Source of the DNA: Methanobacteriota archaeon
Lineage (GTDB): Archaea; Methanobacteriota_B; Thermococci; Methanofastidiosales; B48-G16
Reading direction: 5' to 3'
Assembly: GCA_034659995.1 (NCBI GenBank)
Contig: JAYEIH010000085.1
Location: 1-47,078, forward strand
DNA length: 47,078 bases
A program made the translations under genes and the position numbers. Under the pieces are notes generated by a model. That model was not told the origin of the DNA, ran no database searches, and was given only the letters and a program-made list of their open reading frames with translations. Numbering within the stretch: position 1 is the stretch's first letter; every line of letters starts with the position of its first letter. Shown here in pieces: positions 35,166 through 42,541 of this stretch.

Positions 35166-36881
35166 CTATTGCCCCATGGGTTTTCTGATTTCCACAATCT
35201 TTACCGTATAAGTTAATGTTTTCCCTGCCAGCGGATGATTGGTGTCCACAACAAATTCCTCATCATTTACCTCAATTACCTCACCATCTCCGTACTCCGT
35301 TCTTACCTCATCTCCTACAGAGTAACCTTCTATATCCAGTGCCACAACAAACTTTCCATTCTTCTCCTCTACGGTAGCAGAACCATTTTTCGTGGTAATC
35401 TTTTCTTTAAATACCCTCTTATATGTCAGAGTCTCCTCGGTTTCCCCAACAAGCTCTGCATTGAAGTACTCAAGGAATATCTCATTACTGATACCGGTCT
35501 GATTAATCCTCACATTCCCTTCCGATGTTATCTCTAAGATCTTTGCTTTACCAAACTTTGTGTAAATCTCTTTTCCTTCCAATGGTTGTCCATATTCTTC
35601 TATAAACTCTTTTTGTGAAATAACTCTCTCTTTTTTTACCGTCTTTTCTATGGGGACTTCCTCAACAAGGGGTATATGATATATATCCTCTTCTTTATAC
35701 TCCCCATACGCCTCCTCGGGAGTTAGTGTTATCGTTTTCTCATCTCCCTCCTTCATCCCTAGGAGCTGTTCTTCCAGTGCCATGAATGTGTCTACTCCTT
35801 CATAGTTAACAGAGCCTATTGTAAGGGGTTTATACACGCCCTTTTCCCTAAAAGTTTCCGCTTTTTTTGTTGAGTTATCATCTGCAATCTCCTTATACGT
35901 TGTGTCAAAGACAGTACCGTTCTCAAGTTTTCCTGTATAATCTATACTGACCTGATCGCCCTTCTCAATCTTCCACTTCCCCTCATATTTCTCCGTTATC
36001 TCTTCTATTTTCACCTTAAGTTTTATATACTTCAATCTTTTGAGCTTTATCTTTTCCTCGGTTACCTCAGTAATCTCCATAGGGAAAACCTGGGGCTGCC
36101 CCATTACACCGGTAATTGTTTCATATACAATATCTCCAATTTTAGGATCATGTTGAATATATATCTTATTCTCTTCCTTATTTATCTCCTTAACAACAGC
36201 CTTTCCATACAGAGAGTTAAACTCGTCTCCTTTTTTAGAAACAAACTCTATGGTGGTAGTTGCGTTATTCGCAGCAGCTACCACCGCCTTGCCATAGACC
36301 GTGTCTATCATGTCCCCCTCTTTAGCCGCCCCAAACTGCTGAGTAAAATAAGACGTAGGTATCGTGGAGTTCAAACTCGTGTTCTGCACGCGCTCCACCT
36401 CCTTGGTATCGGGCAGTTCATAGTAAAACGTGGGATCTCCCTGTATAAACACATCCTCTGTCCTAAGACTAAGCTCCACAACATCTCCAGTTTTTTTACC
36501 TACGAGATTCGTATCCTCATTGGCCAAAGCCCTCCAGAATCCCGCATCATACACGTACCCCACCCCATACTTTTTAGGATTGTATTCGTGGGAATCATCA
36601 AAGGTACTCTCCCATGTGGTGTTCTCATCAACAATGGTGGAAAGGGAAGGATCATGACCCTTGTACCCTCCTATAAAATTTATCTCTATGGTATCACCGA
36701 CACCGACAGTATTCCGCTGCTCTTTTCTTGCGCCCATATAAGTATAAAATAGAAAACTGCTGAAAACCACTATACAGATTATTACTGCTGAGTAAATGAT
36801 CTTTTTATTCTGATGATAAAAACTCTTTTGCTGTTTCTTTCTCTTCAATTTACGCTCCAGTTTCTTACTTTTCTTTGCCAC
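35166..36881 (-). CDS. Membrane-anchored multi-domain FKBP/SlyD-type peptidyl-prolyl isomerase-like protein
   Basis: 571 aa with a GTG start preceded by AGGTGAT. It has a K-rich N-terminal tail and one TM helix (IIYSAVIICIVVFSSFLFYTY). The FKBP core is IEKGDQVSIDYTGKLENGTVFDTT...LLGMKEGDEKTITLTPEEAYGEY, and the terminal VVDTNHPLAGKTLTYTVKIVEI is a SlyD-type signature. Confidence 0.7.
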   Translation of the reverse strand: MAKKSKKLERKLKRKKQQKSFYHQNKKIIYSAVIICIVVFSSFLFYTYMGARKEQRNTVGVGDTIEINFIGGYKGHDPSLSTIVDENTTWESTFDDSHEYNPKKYGVGYVYDAGFWRALANEDTNLVGKKTGDVVELSLRTEDVFIQGDPTFYYELPDTKEVERVQNTSLNSTIPTSYFTQQFGAAKEGDMIDTVYGKAVVAAANNATTTIEFVSKKGDEFNSLYGKAVVKEINKEENKIYIQHDPKIGDIVYETITGVMGQPQVFPMEITEVTEEKIKLKRLKYIKLKVKIEEITEKYEGKWKIEKGDQVSIDYTGKLENGTVFDTTYKEIADDNSTKKAETFREKGVYKPLTIGSVNYEGVDTFMALEEQLLGMKEGDEKTITLTPEEAYGEYKEEDIYHIPLVEEVPIEKTVKKERVISQKEFIEEYGQPLEGKEIYTKFGKAKILEITSEGNVRINQTGISNEIFLEYFNAELVGETEETLTYKRVFKEKITTKNGSATVEEKNGKFVVALDIEGYSVGDEVRTEYGDGEVIEVNDEEFVVDTNHPLAGKTLTYTVKIVEIRKPMGQ

Positions 36882-36935
36882 ATAATCACCTATCTACAAA
36901 ATTACTAATGGTATAAATAAAAAGGTTGTTCTGGA

Positions 36936-37289
36936 TCAGCCAAAAAATATATCGATTAGTACTGCACTGAGAATAAGGACAATACCCGCTATTGAGAATA
37001 CAATAAAAGAGCCATATCTCAATTCAATGTCTTCAATAGATTGTTGTGTTCGTTCTTCCATACTCTGACTGCCTGCCGAAGAAGCATACTGGTACTTAAA
37101 GTTGCGTGTCAAACCCCATAGACCCAAAAGACTGAGAATGCCAGTACAAATAACTGCAGCCCCTGCAACTGTTAGGGCATTCACGTAGTAAACCATTAGC
37201 CAATCCCTAAAAATATATATCGCCGTTACAGCAATCAAAATAACTGAGTCAATAAGCGCTACTTTTTTCACAATATCTTTCATGCTCAT
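36936..37289 (-). CDS. Small hypothetical membrane protein (3-4 TM)
   Basis: MSMKDIVKKVALIDSVILIAVTAIYIF...AGAAVICTGILSLLGLWG...FIVFSIAGIVLILSAVLIDIFF. ATG 37289 is preceded by GGAGGGAG and lies immediately downstream of trmO. Confidence 0.5.
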   Translation of the reverse strand: MSMKDIVKKVALIDSVILIAVTAIYIFRDWLMVYYVNALTVAGAAVICTGILSLLGLWGLTRNFKYQYASSAGSQSMEERTQQSIEDIELRYGSFIVFSIAGIVLILSAVLIDIFFG

Positions 37290-37304
37290 ACTTACTCCCT
37301 CCAA

Positions 37305-37748
37305 TTACTCTCGAATCGCCTCATCTCTTATCTTGCTATACGTTCTTTTTATACTTTCTTGTTCATTTCCATCTAAAGAGGAAGAGTACGGCTTTATATC
37401 CAGTACCGGTGTGCCGTCCACCGCATCCAGTCCTTTCACTCTCAACTCTCTCCCCTTCCTTTCGAGAAGCTTCACCGTGGTCACTCCTATTCTGCTCGGT
37501 CTTTTCGGGCTTCGAGATGCAAAGACTCCCTTAAAATTTCCACTATATGTGGTGCACTGCAAGGAGTACTCCTTGGAGATATGAAAATAAAAGACGATCT
37601 GAAGGTACTCGTTTTCCTCTATTTTATAAAGACCATCCTTGTACTCTTTATCTATGCGGATAAGGCTCTCGTGCTTTCTCATCGCAAGAGGATCTGCGGG
37701 CTCAGTGAACTTACTCTTTACTACACCAATTCTGGTAATATCATTCAT
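37305..37748 (-). CDS. trmO: TrmO/TsaA-family (YaeB, UPF0066) SAM-dependent tRNA methyltransferase
   Basis: IGVVKSKFTEPADP...LQIVFYFH...FASRSPKRPSRIGVTTVKLLERKGRELRVKGLDAVDGTPVLDIKPY are canonical TsaA motifs. Confidence 0.85.
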   Translation of the reverse strand: MNDITRIGVVKSKFTEPADPLAMRKHESLIRIDKEYKDGLYKIEENEYLQIVFYFHISKEYSLQCTTYSGNFKGVFASRSPKRPSRIGVTTVKLLERKGRELRVKGLDAVDGTPVLDIKPYSSSLDGNEQESIKRTYSKIRDEAIRE

Positions 37749-37816
37749 TTTTGCTCATCTCGCAGTTGTACTTTATAAGATGGAAAACATTTAAAGTTCC
37801 TCCCTGAAGGGGTAGC

Positions 37817-39097
37817 ATGAACGTTATAATCGGTACCCAATGGGGAGACGAAGGTAAGGGAAAGGTAACGGATTTCTATGCAAAAAAAGCAGATGTCGTT
37901 GTGCGATTCCAGGGTGGAAACAATGCCGGACACACTGTTATAGTTGGTGATAAGGTCTATAAGTTCCACATTATTCCCTCCGGATCGGTGGAAGAGAAGA
38001 TTCTCATCCTTGGAAACGGTATGGTGGTGGATCCAGAGATCCTTCTTGATGAGATAGAATCTCTGAAAAAAGATGGAAAGGAGGTCAGTTTGCATATCAG
38101 CGAGCGGGCGAACCTCATCATGCCGTATCACAAAAAAGAGGATGAACTTCATGAGGAACTCAAGGGAAATCTAAAGGCCGGGAGCACAAAAAGAGGAATA
38201 GGGCCATGTTATGCCGATAAAATAGCACGGTTCGGAATACGATTTGCAGACCTTATTGACGATGAGGTATTCAGAGAGAAACTCTCTATTGTGCTTCGCA
38301 TGAAAAACAAGATCTTCAGAGCGTTTGGGAAGGAACCACTGGATTACGATAAGATATACAGGGAGTATTGCGAGTACAGAGAAAAGCTCAGGGAAAACGT
38401 GGCAGATACCTCTCTTCTACTGGATAAATACAGAAAAGAAGGAAAAAACATCCTTATGGAAGGTGCGCAGGGGACACATCTTGATATCGATCACGGGATC
38501 TATCCGTACACAACATCATCTCACACCATCGCCGGAGGTGTCTCCATCGGTGCGGGGGTTCCGCCCGGAGAAATAGAAAATATTCTCGGTGTGGTGAAGG
38601 CATACACCTCCAGGGTGGGTACCGGCCCTGTGCCCACGGAGCTCACAGATGATGTGGGAAAACATCTCCAGAAGGTGGGGAAAGAGTTCGGAACAACTAC
38701 GGGAAGACCGCGGCGCTGTGGCTGGCTCGATCTCGTCATGGTGGACTACTCGCACAGGATAAACGGCCTCACAGGGATTGCGCTCACAAAGTTAGACGTA
38801 CTCTGCGGACTTAAAAAAGTAAAAGTAGGAATAGCCTATGATTGCAACGGAAAAAGAATAGATGCATTTCCTGCAAACATGAAGACTCTGGCTAAATGTA
38901 AGCCAGTATACAAAGAGTTTGACGGATGGGAACTTTTTGATAAGGAAAAGATAAAAAAAGAAGGGTATAAGGCTTTTCCAAAGGAAGCAAGAGAGTACAT
39001 GGAGTTCATAACAGATCATTTGAATGTTCCTATCTCACTGATCTCGTACGGGCCAAAAAGAAGCGAAACATTGGTACTGAAAGAAATATTCCTATGA
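37817..39097 (+). CDS. purA: Adenylosuccinate synthetase
   Basis: MNVIIGTQWGDEGKGKVTDFYAKKADVVVRFQGGNNAGHTV...GTTTGRPRRCGWLD are PurA signatures. Confidence 0.96.
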   Translation: MNVIIGTQWGDEGKGKVTDFYAKKADVVVRFQGGNNAGHTVIVGDKVYKFHIIPSGSVEEKILILGNGMVVDPEILLDEIESLKKDGKEVSLHISERANLIMPYHKKEDELHEELKGNLKAGSTKRGIGPCYADKIARFGIRFADLIDDEVFREKLSIVLRMKNKIFRAFGKEPLDYDKIYREYCEYREKLRENVADTSLLLDKYRKEGKNILMEGAQGTHLDIDHGIYPYTTSSHTIAGGVSIGAGVPPGEIENILGVVKAYTSRVGTGPVPTELTDDVGKHLQKVGKEFGTTTGRPRRCGWLDLVMVDYSHRINGLTGIALTKLDVLCGLKKVKVGIAYDCNGKRIDAFPANMKTLAKCKPVYKEFDGWELFDKEKIKKEGYKAFPKEAREYMEFITDHLNVPISLISYGPKRSETLVLKEIFL

Positions 39098-39597
39098 AAT
39101 CCTCAGAAATCACGCTGATAGCGCTTTTTGCCTCTCTCACTGCTATCGGTGCACAGATACAGCTGCCCATAGAGATAGTACCCATAAGCCTTCAGACGCT
39201 CTTTGTTCTTGCTGCCGGCGGCATCCTCGGAAGAAAAGGGGCTCTTGTCATGATGGTATACCTTTTTATTGGCCTCATCGGTATGCCTGTATTTGCAGGA
39301 TATAAAGGTGGTGCCGGTGTCCTCCTGGGACCTACAGGAGGATATATCATTGGATTTATCCCAGCGGCCTATGTTACAGGTTTTTTAACGGAGAAAAAAA
39401 AGAATATGTTCCTCGCTATGGTAACCGCAAGCTTTATTGTGTACCTCTTTGGTGTACCGTGGTTGTGCTTTTTTGTGGGGAGCACCAAAAAGGCCGTACT
39501 CATAGGAATGATACCTTTTATTCCAGGGGATATCCTCAAGTCCTTTGGAGCATCTGTTGTCACAAAAGAGGTACGGAGGTACTACTCATTCAGCTGA
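39094..39597 (+). CDS. bioY: Biotin transporter BioY (ECF S-component)
   Basis: LTAIGAQIQLPIEIVPISLQTLFVLAAGGILGRKGA...LLGPTGGYIIGFIPAAYVTGFL. It overlaps the purA stop by 4 nt. Confidence 0.88.
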   Translation: MKSSEITLIALFASLTAIGAQIQLPIEIVPISLQTLFVLAAGGILGRKGALVMMVYLFIGLIGMPVFAGYKGGAGVLLGPTGGYIIGFIPAAYVTGFLTEKKKNMFLAMVTASFIVYLFGVPWLCFFVGSTKKAVLIGMIPFIPGDILKSFGASVVTKEVRRYYSFS

Positions 39598-39659
39598 AAA
39601 CTGGGTATTATCAAAAAGATTAAAATTAAAGTAAGAAGTATTATTTCAATTTCTATTTG

Positions 39660-40049
39660 TTATTCATATATTACCGCCTCGATATCCGCCACCTTTGCTA
39701 TTTTCTCAAAGTCCTTATCACGTGAAATAATTTTTTCTGCTCCATTGGCCACAGCAATGCCTGCAATAAGTACGTCGAGTGCATTCACCGGCATCCCTAC
39801 CCTAAGAAGTCTTCCCATTAGCTCACCGGATTTTTCTGCTGAAGCTGTATTGAGATTAAGAATCCTAATCTCGCTAAAGAACTGTTTAAAAAATTTTTCT
39901 TCTTTTTTTGCTTTTTTGTGAGCCACGCCAGAGAGAATCTCATAGTACGTAACCACAGTTGTCACCAGATCCAAATCCTCGATAAGCGTAATAGTTTCCT
40001 TTTTCCCCTGAAAGAAATCAACGAGAAAACTCGTATCCAGTACATTCAT
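39660..40049 (-). CDS. vapC: PIN-domain toxin VapC
   Basis: MNVLDTSFLVDFFQG...DLVTTVVTYYEIL...NALDVLIAGIAVANGAEKIISRDKDF carries the PIN acidic residues. It overlaps the antitoxin stop by 4 nt. Confidence 0.85.
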   Translation of the reverse strand: MNVLDTSFLVDFFQGKKETITLIEDLDLVTTVVTYYEILSGVAHKKAKKEEKFFKQFFSEIRILNLNTASAEKSGELMGRLLRVGMPVNALDVLIAGIAVANGAEKIISRDKDFEKIAKVADIEAVIYE

Positions 40050-40264
40050 AGCCTCACCTTCACACGTGCTCGCATCTCTTTAGAATCCTCTTCTATAGAA
40101 TTAAGTATACTGTTGCCCTTTAAACGGCCAAAATACCTCATTAGATCGGTGTTCTTCTTTTTTAACAGAGAATCTATCGCATCGCTGAAGCTTTCGTCCT
40201 CTCGTTTCGATCGTTTGAGACGCCGGTATACGCTATCTTTTATTGATATGGTCTTCGTCCCCAT
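40046..40264 (-). CDS. vapB: VapB-type antitoxin (72 aa)
   Basis: MGTKTISIKDSVYRRLKRSKREDESFSDAIDSLLKKK... is a pattern common in archaeal VapB antitoxins. ATG 40264 is M70 of the track ORF 40046..40471, whose upstream part is antisense to dph2. Confidence 0.75.
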   Translation of the reverse strand: MGTKTISIKDSVYRRLKRSKREDESFSDAIDSLLKKKNTDLMRYFGRLKGNSILNSIEEDSKEMRARVKVRL

Positions 40265-40267
40265 GTT

Positions 40268-40287
40268 GCTGTGTATGCATACACAGC
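40268..40287. promoter_or_regulatory. 20-bp perfect palindrome GCTGTGTATGCATACACAGC, candidate vapBC operator
   Basis: It lies between the minus-strand TATA-like CTTTTTATAG (40287-40296) and the vapB ATG (40264). That is the expected place for TA autorepression. Confidence 0.5.
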
Positions 40288-40349
40288 TATAAAAAGATTT
40301 CGGTTTCAAACGAGAATCATCTTTAAATATATAAAATCCGAGATCGTCC

Positions 40350-41324
40350 ATGCTTCGGATCGACAGGGAAAAACTCCTCAGGGAGCTAAAGAAGTTAAAT
40401 CCAGAGAAAGTCGGGCTCCAGTTTCCCGAAGGCCTCAAATCACGAGCACCGGAGATAGCCGATTCTCTCAATTACGATACCTATCTCTACGGCGGGAACA
40501 CCTACGGGGCCTGTGATGTTGCGGATAAGGATATGAGCTTCTGCGACTGTCTGGTCCATTTCGGTCATGCTGAGATGCCGTTGGAATTTGAGATACCTGT
40601 GATATTCATGGAGGTCTTTGATGATATCGATCTCATTCCCTCGCTCCGGGAGAATCTTGAGTATTTGCAAGAAAAAGGTAGGCATATCGGACTGGCAACA
40701 ACGGTACAGCATATACCGCAGCTGAAAGCTGCAGAAACCTTTTTAAAAACCAATGGGTTTAATGTGTATAGAGGTAAAGGCACAGAACGAGTGAGGTACG
40801 ATGCTCAAGTTTTGGGCTGCAACTTCTCTGTGTGCAAAAATATAGAGGAGAACGTTGATTATTTCCTTTATTTGGGGACAGGAACCTTCCATCCTCTCGG
40901 TATAGGGCTCAGCACAGAAAAGGAAGTAGTCGTTATAGATCCATACACAAAAAAACTGAAAAATATAGAAGATGAAAAAATAATCCTGCTCAAAAAGAGA
41001 TACGCACTCATAGAAAAGGCGAAGGATGCAGAAAGATATGGGCTTATTATCTCAACAAGGAAGGGACAGTTCAGAATAAAAGAGGCATTATCAATCAAAA
41101 AAAGACTGGAAAAATTAGGAAAGAAGGCGTATATCTTTTTAACGAGAGAGATAAGTCCTGAAAAGCTTGAGGGCTTTAATATGGATGCGCATATTGTCTG
41201 TGCCTGCCCCAGGATAGCAATAGACGATCAGGCAAGATATAAAAAGCCTGTACTAACAGTAACTGAAGGAAGATTAATAGACACGATAGAAGACTATAAG
41301 TTTGATGAAATAGGAGGTATCTAA
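40350..41324 (+). CDS. dph2: Diphthamide synthesis protein Dph2 (2-(3-amino-3-carboxypropyl)histidine synthase)
   Basis: VGLQFPEGLK...YGACD...CLVHFGHAEM...GTGTFHPLGI. The conserved archaeal cluster dph2-csl4-rpoL supports the call. Confidence 0.88.
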   Translation: MLRIDREKLLRELKKLNPEKVGLQFPEGLKSRAPEIADSLNYDTYLYGGNTYGACDVADKDMSFCDCLVHFGHAEMPLEFEIPVIFMEVFDDIDLIPSLRENLEYLQEKGRHIGLATTVQHIPQLKAAETFLKTNGFNVYRGKGTERVRYDAQVLGCNFSVCKNIEENVDYFLYLGTGTFHPLGIGLSTEKEVVVIDPYTKKLKNIEDEKIILLKKRYALIEKAKDAERYGLIISTRKGQFRIKEALSIKKRLEKLGKKAYIFLTREISPEKLEGFNMDAHIVCACPRIAIDDQARYKKPVLTVTEGRLIDTIEDYKFDEIGGI

Positions 41325-41900
41325 ATGACAGATAAAAACGGAAATTTTGTTCTCCCGGGAGACATTCTGGGAGTGAGTGAGGAGTTTATCCCCAGATACG
41401 GAGCACATGAGGAGAACGGCAAGGTATACTCTTCAATCGCAGGAACCGCACACCTAAACTTTGAAAGAAAAAAAGCTTATGTTGACCCTCTCACGAATGT
41501 TCCACCGGTACCTGAAAGGGGAGATATTGCACTCTGTGAGGTAACGCGCATGCGAGACAAGATCGCGATGGTGGAGATCCTCGGGTTGAAAAAAAATCCG
41601 CTGAGGGAGATGGCCGCCTCTTCAAGAGCACGAATATACATATCCCAGACGAGCAAACGGTATGTAAAGGATCTCTTCAACGAGTTCAGGGTCGGAGATC
41701 TTGTGAGGGCCAAGATAGTAAAAACTGAAGATCCCCTTGAGCTTTCCACGGTTGAAGAGAATCTTGGCGTGGTAAAGGCATACTGCTCCAGGTGCAATCA
41801 TGCACTGGAAAAAAAGAAAAATAACATGCTGGAATGCCCAAACTGCGGAAAAAGAGAATCGAGAAAGGTCGCTTCAGATTATAGAAAGGGAGTTTTTTAA
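41325..41900 (+). CDS. csl4: Exosome complex RNA-binding subunit Csl4 (S1 + zinc ribbon)
   Basis: VLPGDILGVSEEFIPRYGAHEENGKVYSSIAG...GDIALCEVTRMRDKIAMVEI...VGDLVRAKIV...CSRCNHALEKKKNNMLECPNCG. Confidence 0.88.
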   Translation: MTDKNGNFVLPGDILGVSEEFIPRYGAHEENGKVYSSIAGTAHLNFERKKAYVDPLTNVPPVPERGDIALCEVTRMRDKIAMVEILGLKKNPLREMAASSRARIYISQTSKRYVKDLFNEFRVGDLVRAKIVKTEDPLELSTVEENLGVVKAYCSRCNHALEKKKNNMLECPNCGKRESRKVASDYRKGVF

Positions 41901-41909
41901 GGTGGAATA

Positions 41910-42188
41910 ATGGAAATAAAAGTAATAAACTCTCAGGAAAATGAGCTGGAGTTCAAAATAATCGGGGAGGACGACAGCTTTGCAAACCTCCTGAGAAAAA
42001 TACTTCACGAGGATGAACACGTGGAGTTTGCAGCATATAGGATAAACCATCCTCTTATAGAAAAGGAAAAACCTGTTTTCAAAGTAGAAACAGATGGAAA
42101 AGAATCGCCCGGAGAAGCACTGAAAAAGGCAGCAGAACGATCAAAAGAGCTTGCAAAGAGCTTCAGAGAAAATTTCGAAGCGGTCTAA
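41910..42188 (+). CDS. rpoL: DNA-directed RNA polymerase subunit L (Rpo11)
   Basis: MEIKVINSQENELEFKIIGEDDSFANLLRKILHEDEHVEFAAYRINHPL is a typical RpoL sequence. Confidence 0.9.
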   Translation: MEIKVINSQENELEFKIIGEDDSFANLLRKILHEDEHVEFAAYRINHPLIEKEKPVFKVETDGKESPGEALKKAAERSKELAKSFRENFEAV

Positions 42189-42190
42189 CA

Positions 42191-42541
42191 ATGTCTCTGG
42201 AAAAGTTTGGAGATGCCTTTGTAAACTTTATTTACTCCCTCGCTAAATCCCTGGCGCTGGGGAAATACGACGGGATGAAGGTGCCAAACTCCTCCTTAGC
42301 TATAGCACTAACAAATTCAAATGTGCGGTCGCCGAGAAGAAGCGATAAGCATAAAAAGGGAGATTATGTAGAAAAAACCATTGCAAAGGCATGGATAAAT
42401 GGGAAAATAACGCAGGAAGAGTGTGTGGAGGTTCTAAGATCCGTACTCGTAAAATATGATCTGGGGGAGAGAATAAAAGAGAAAAAAGCAATTGCAGAAG
42501 CGTTTACATCTCTTTTAAATGAAATAAAAAAAAGAGATTAG
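42191..42541 (+). CDS. Small RNase III-like (mini-III-like) domain protein
   Basis: 116 aa. LEKFGDAFVNFIYSL resembles the RNase III signature E-x-L-E-(F/Y)-L-GDA. KKGDYVEKTIAKAWI resembles the second catalytic block (A)D-x-x-EA-(L/I)-I-G-A-(I/L)-(Y/F). Assigned from motifs only. Confidence 0.45.
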   Translation: MSLEKFGDAFVNFIYSLAKSLALGKYDGMKVPNSSLAIALTNSNVRSPRRSDKHKKGDYVEKTIAKAWINGKITQEECVEVLRSVLVKYDLGERIKEKKAIAEAFTSLLNEIKKRD

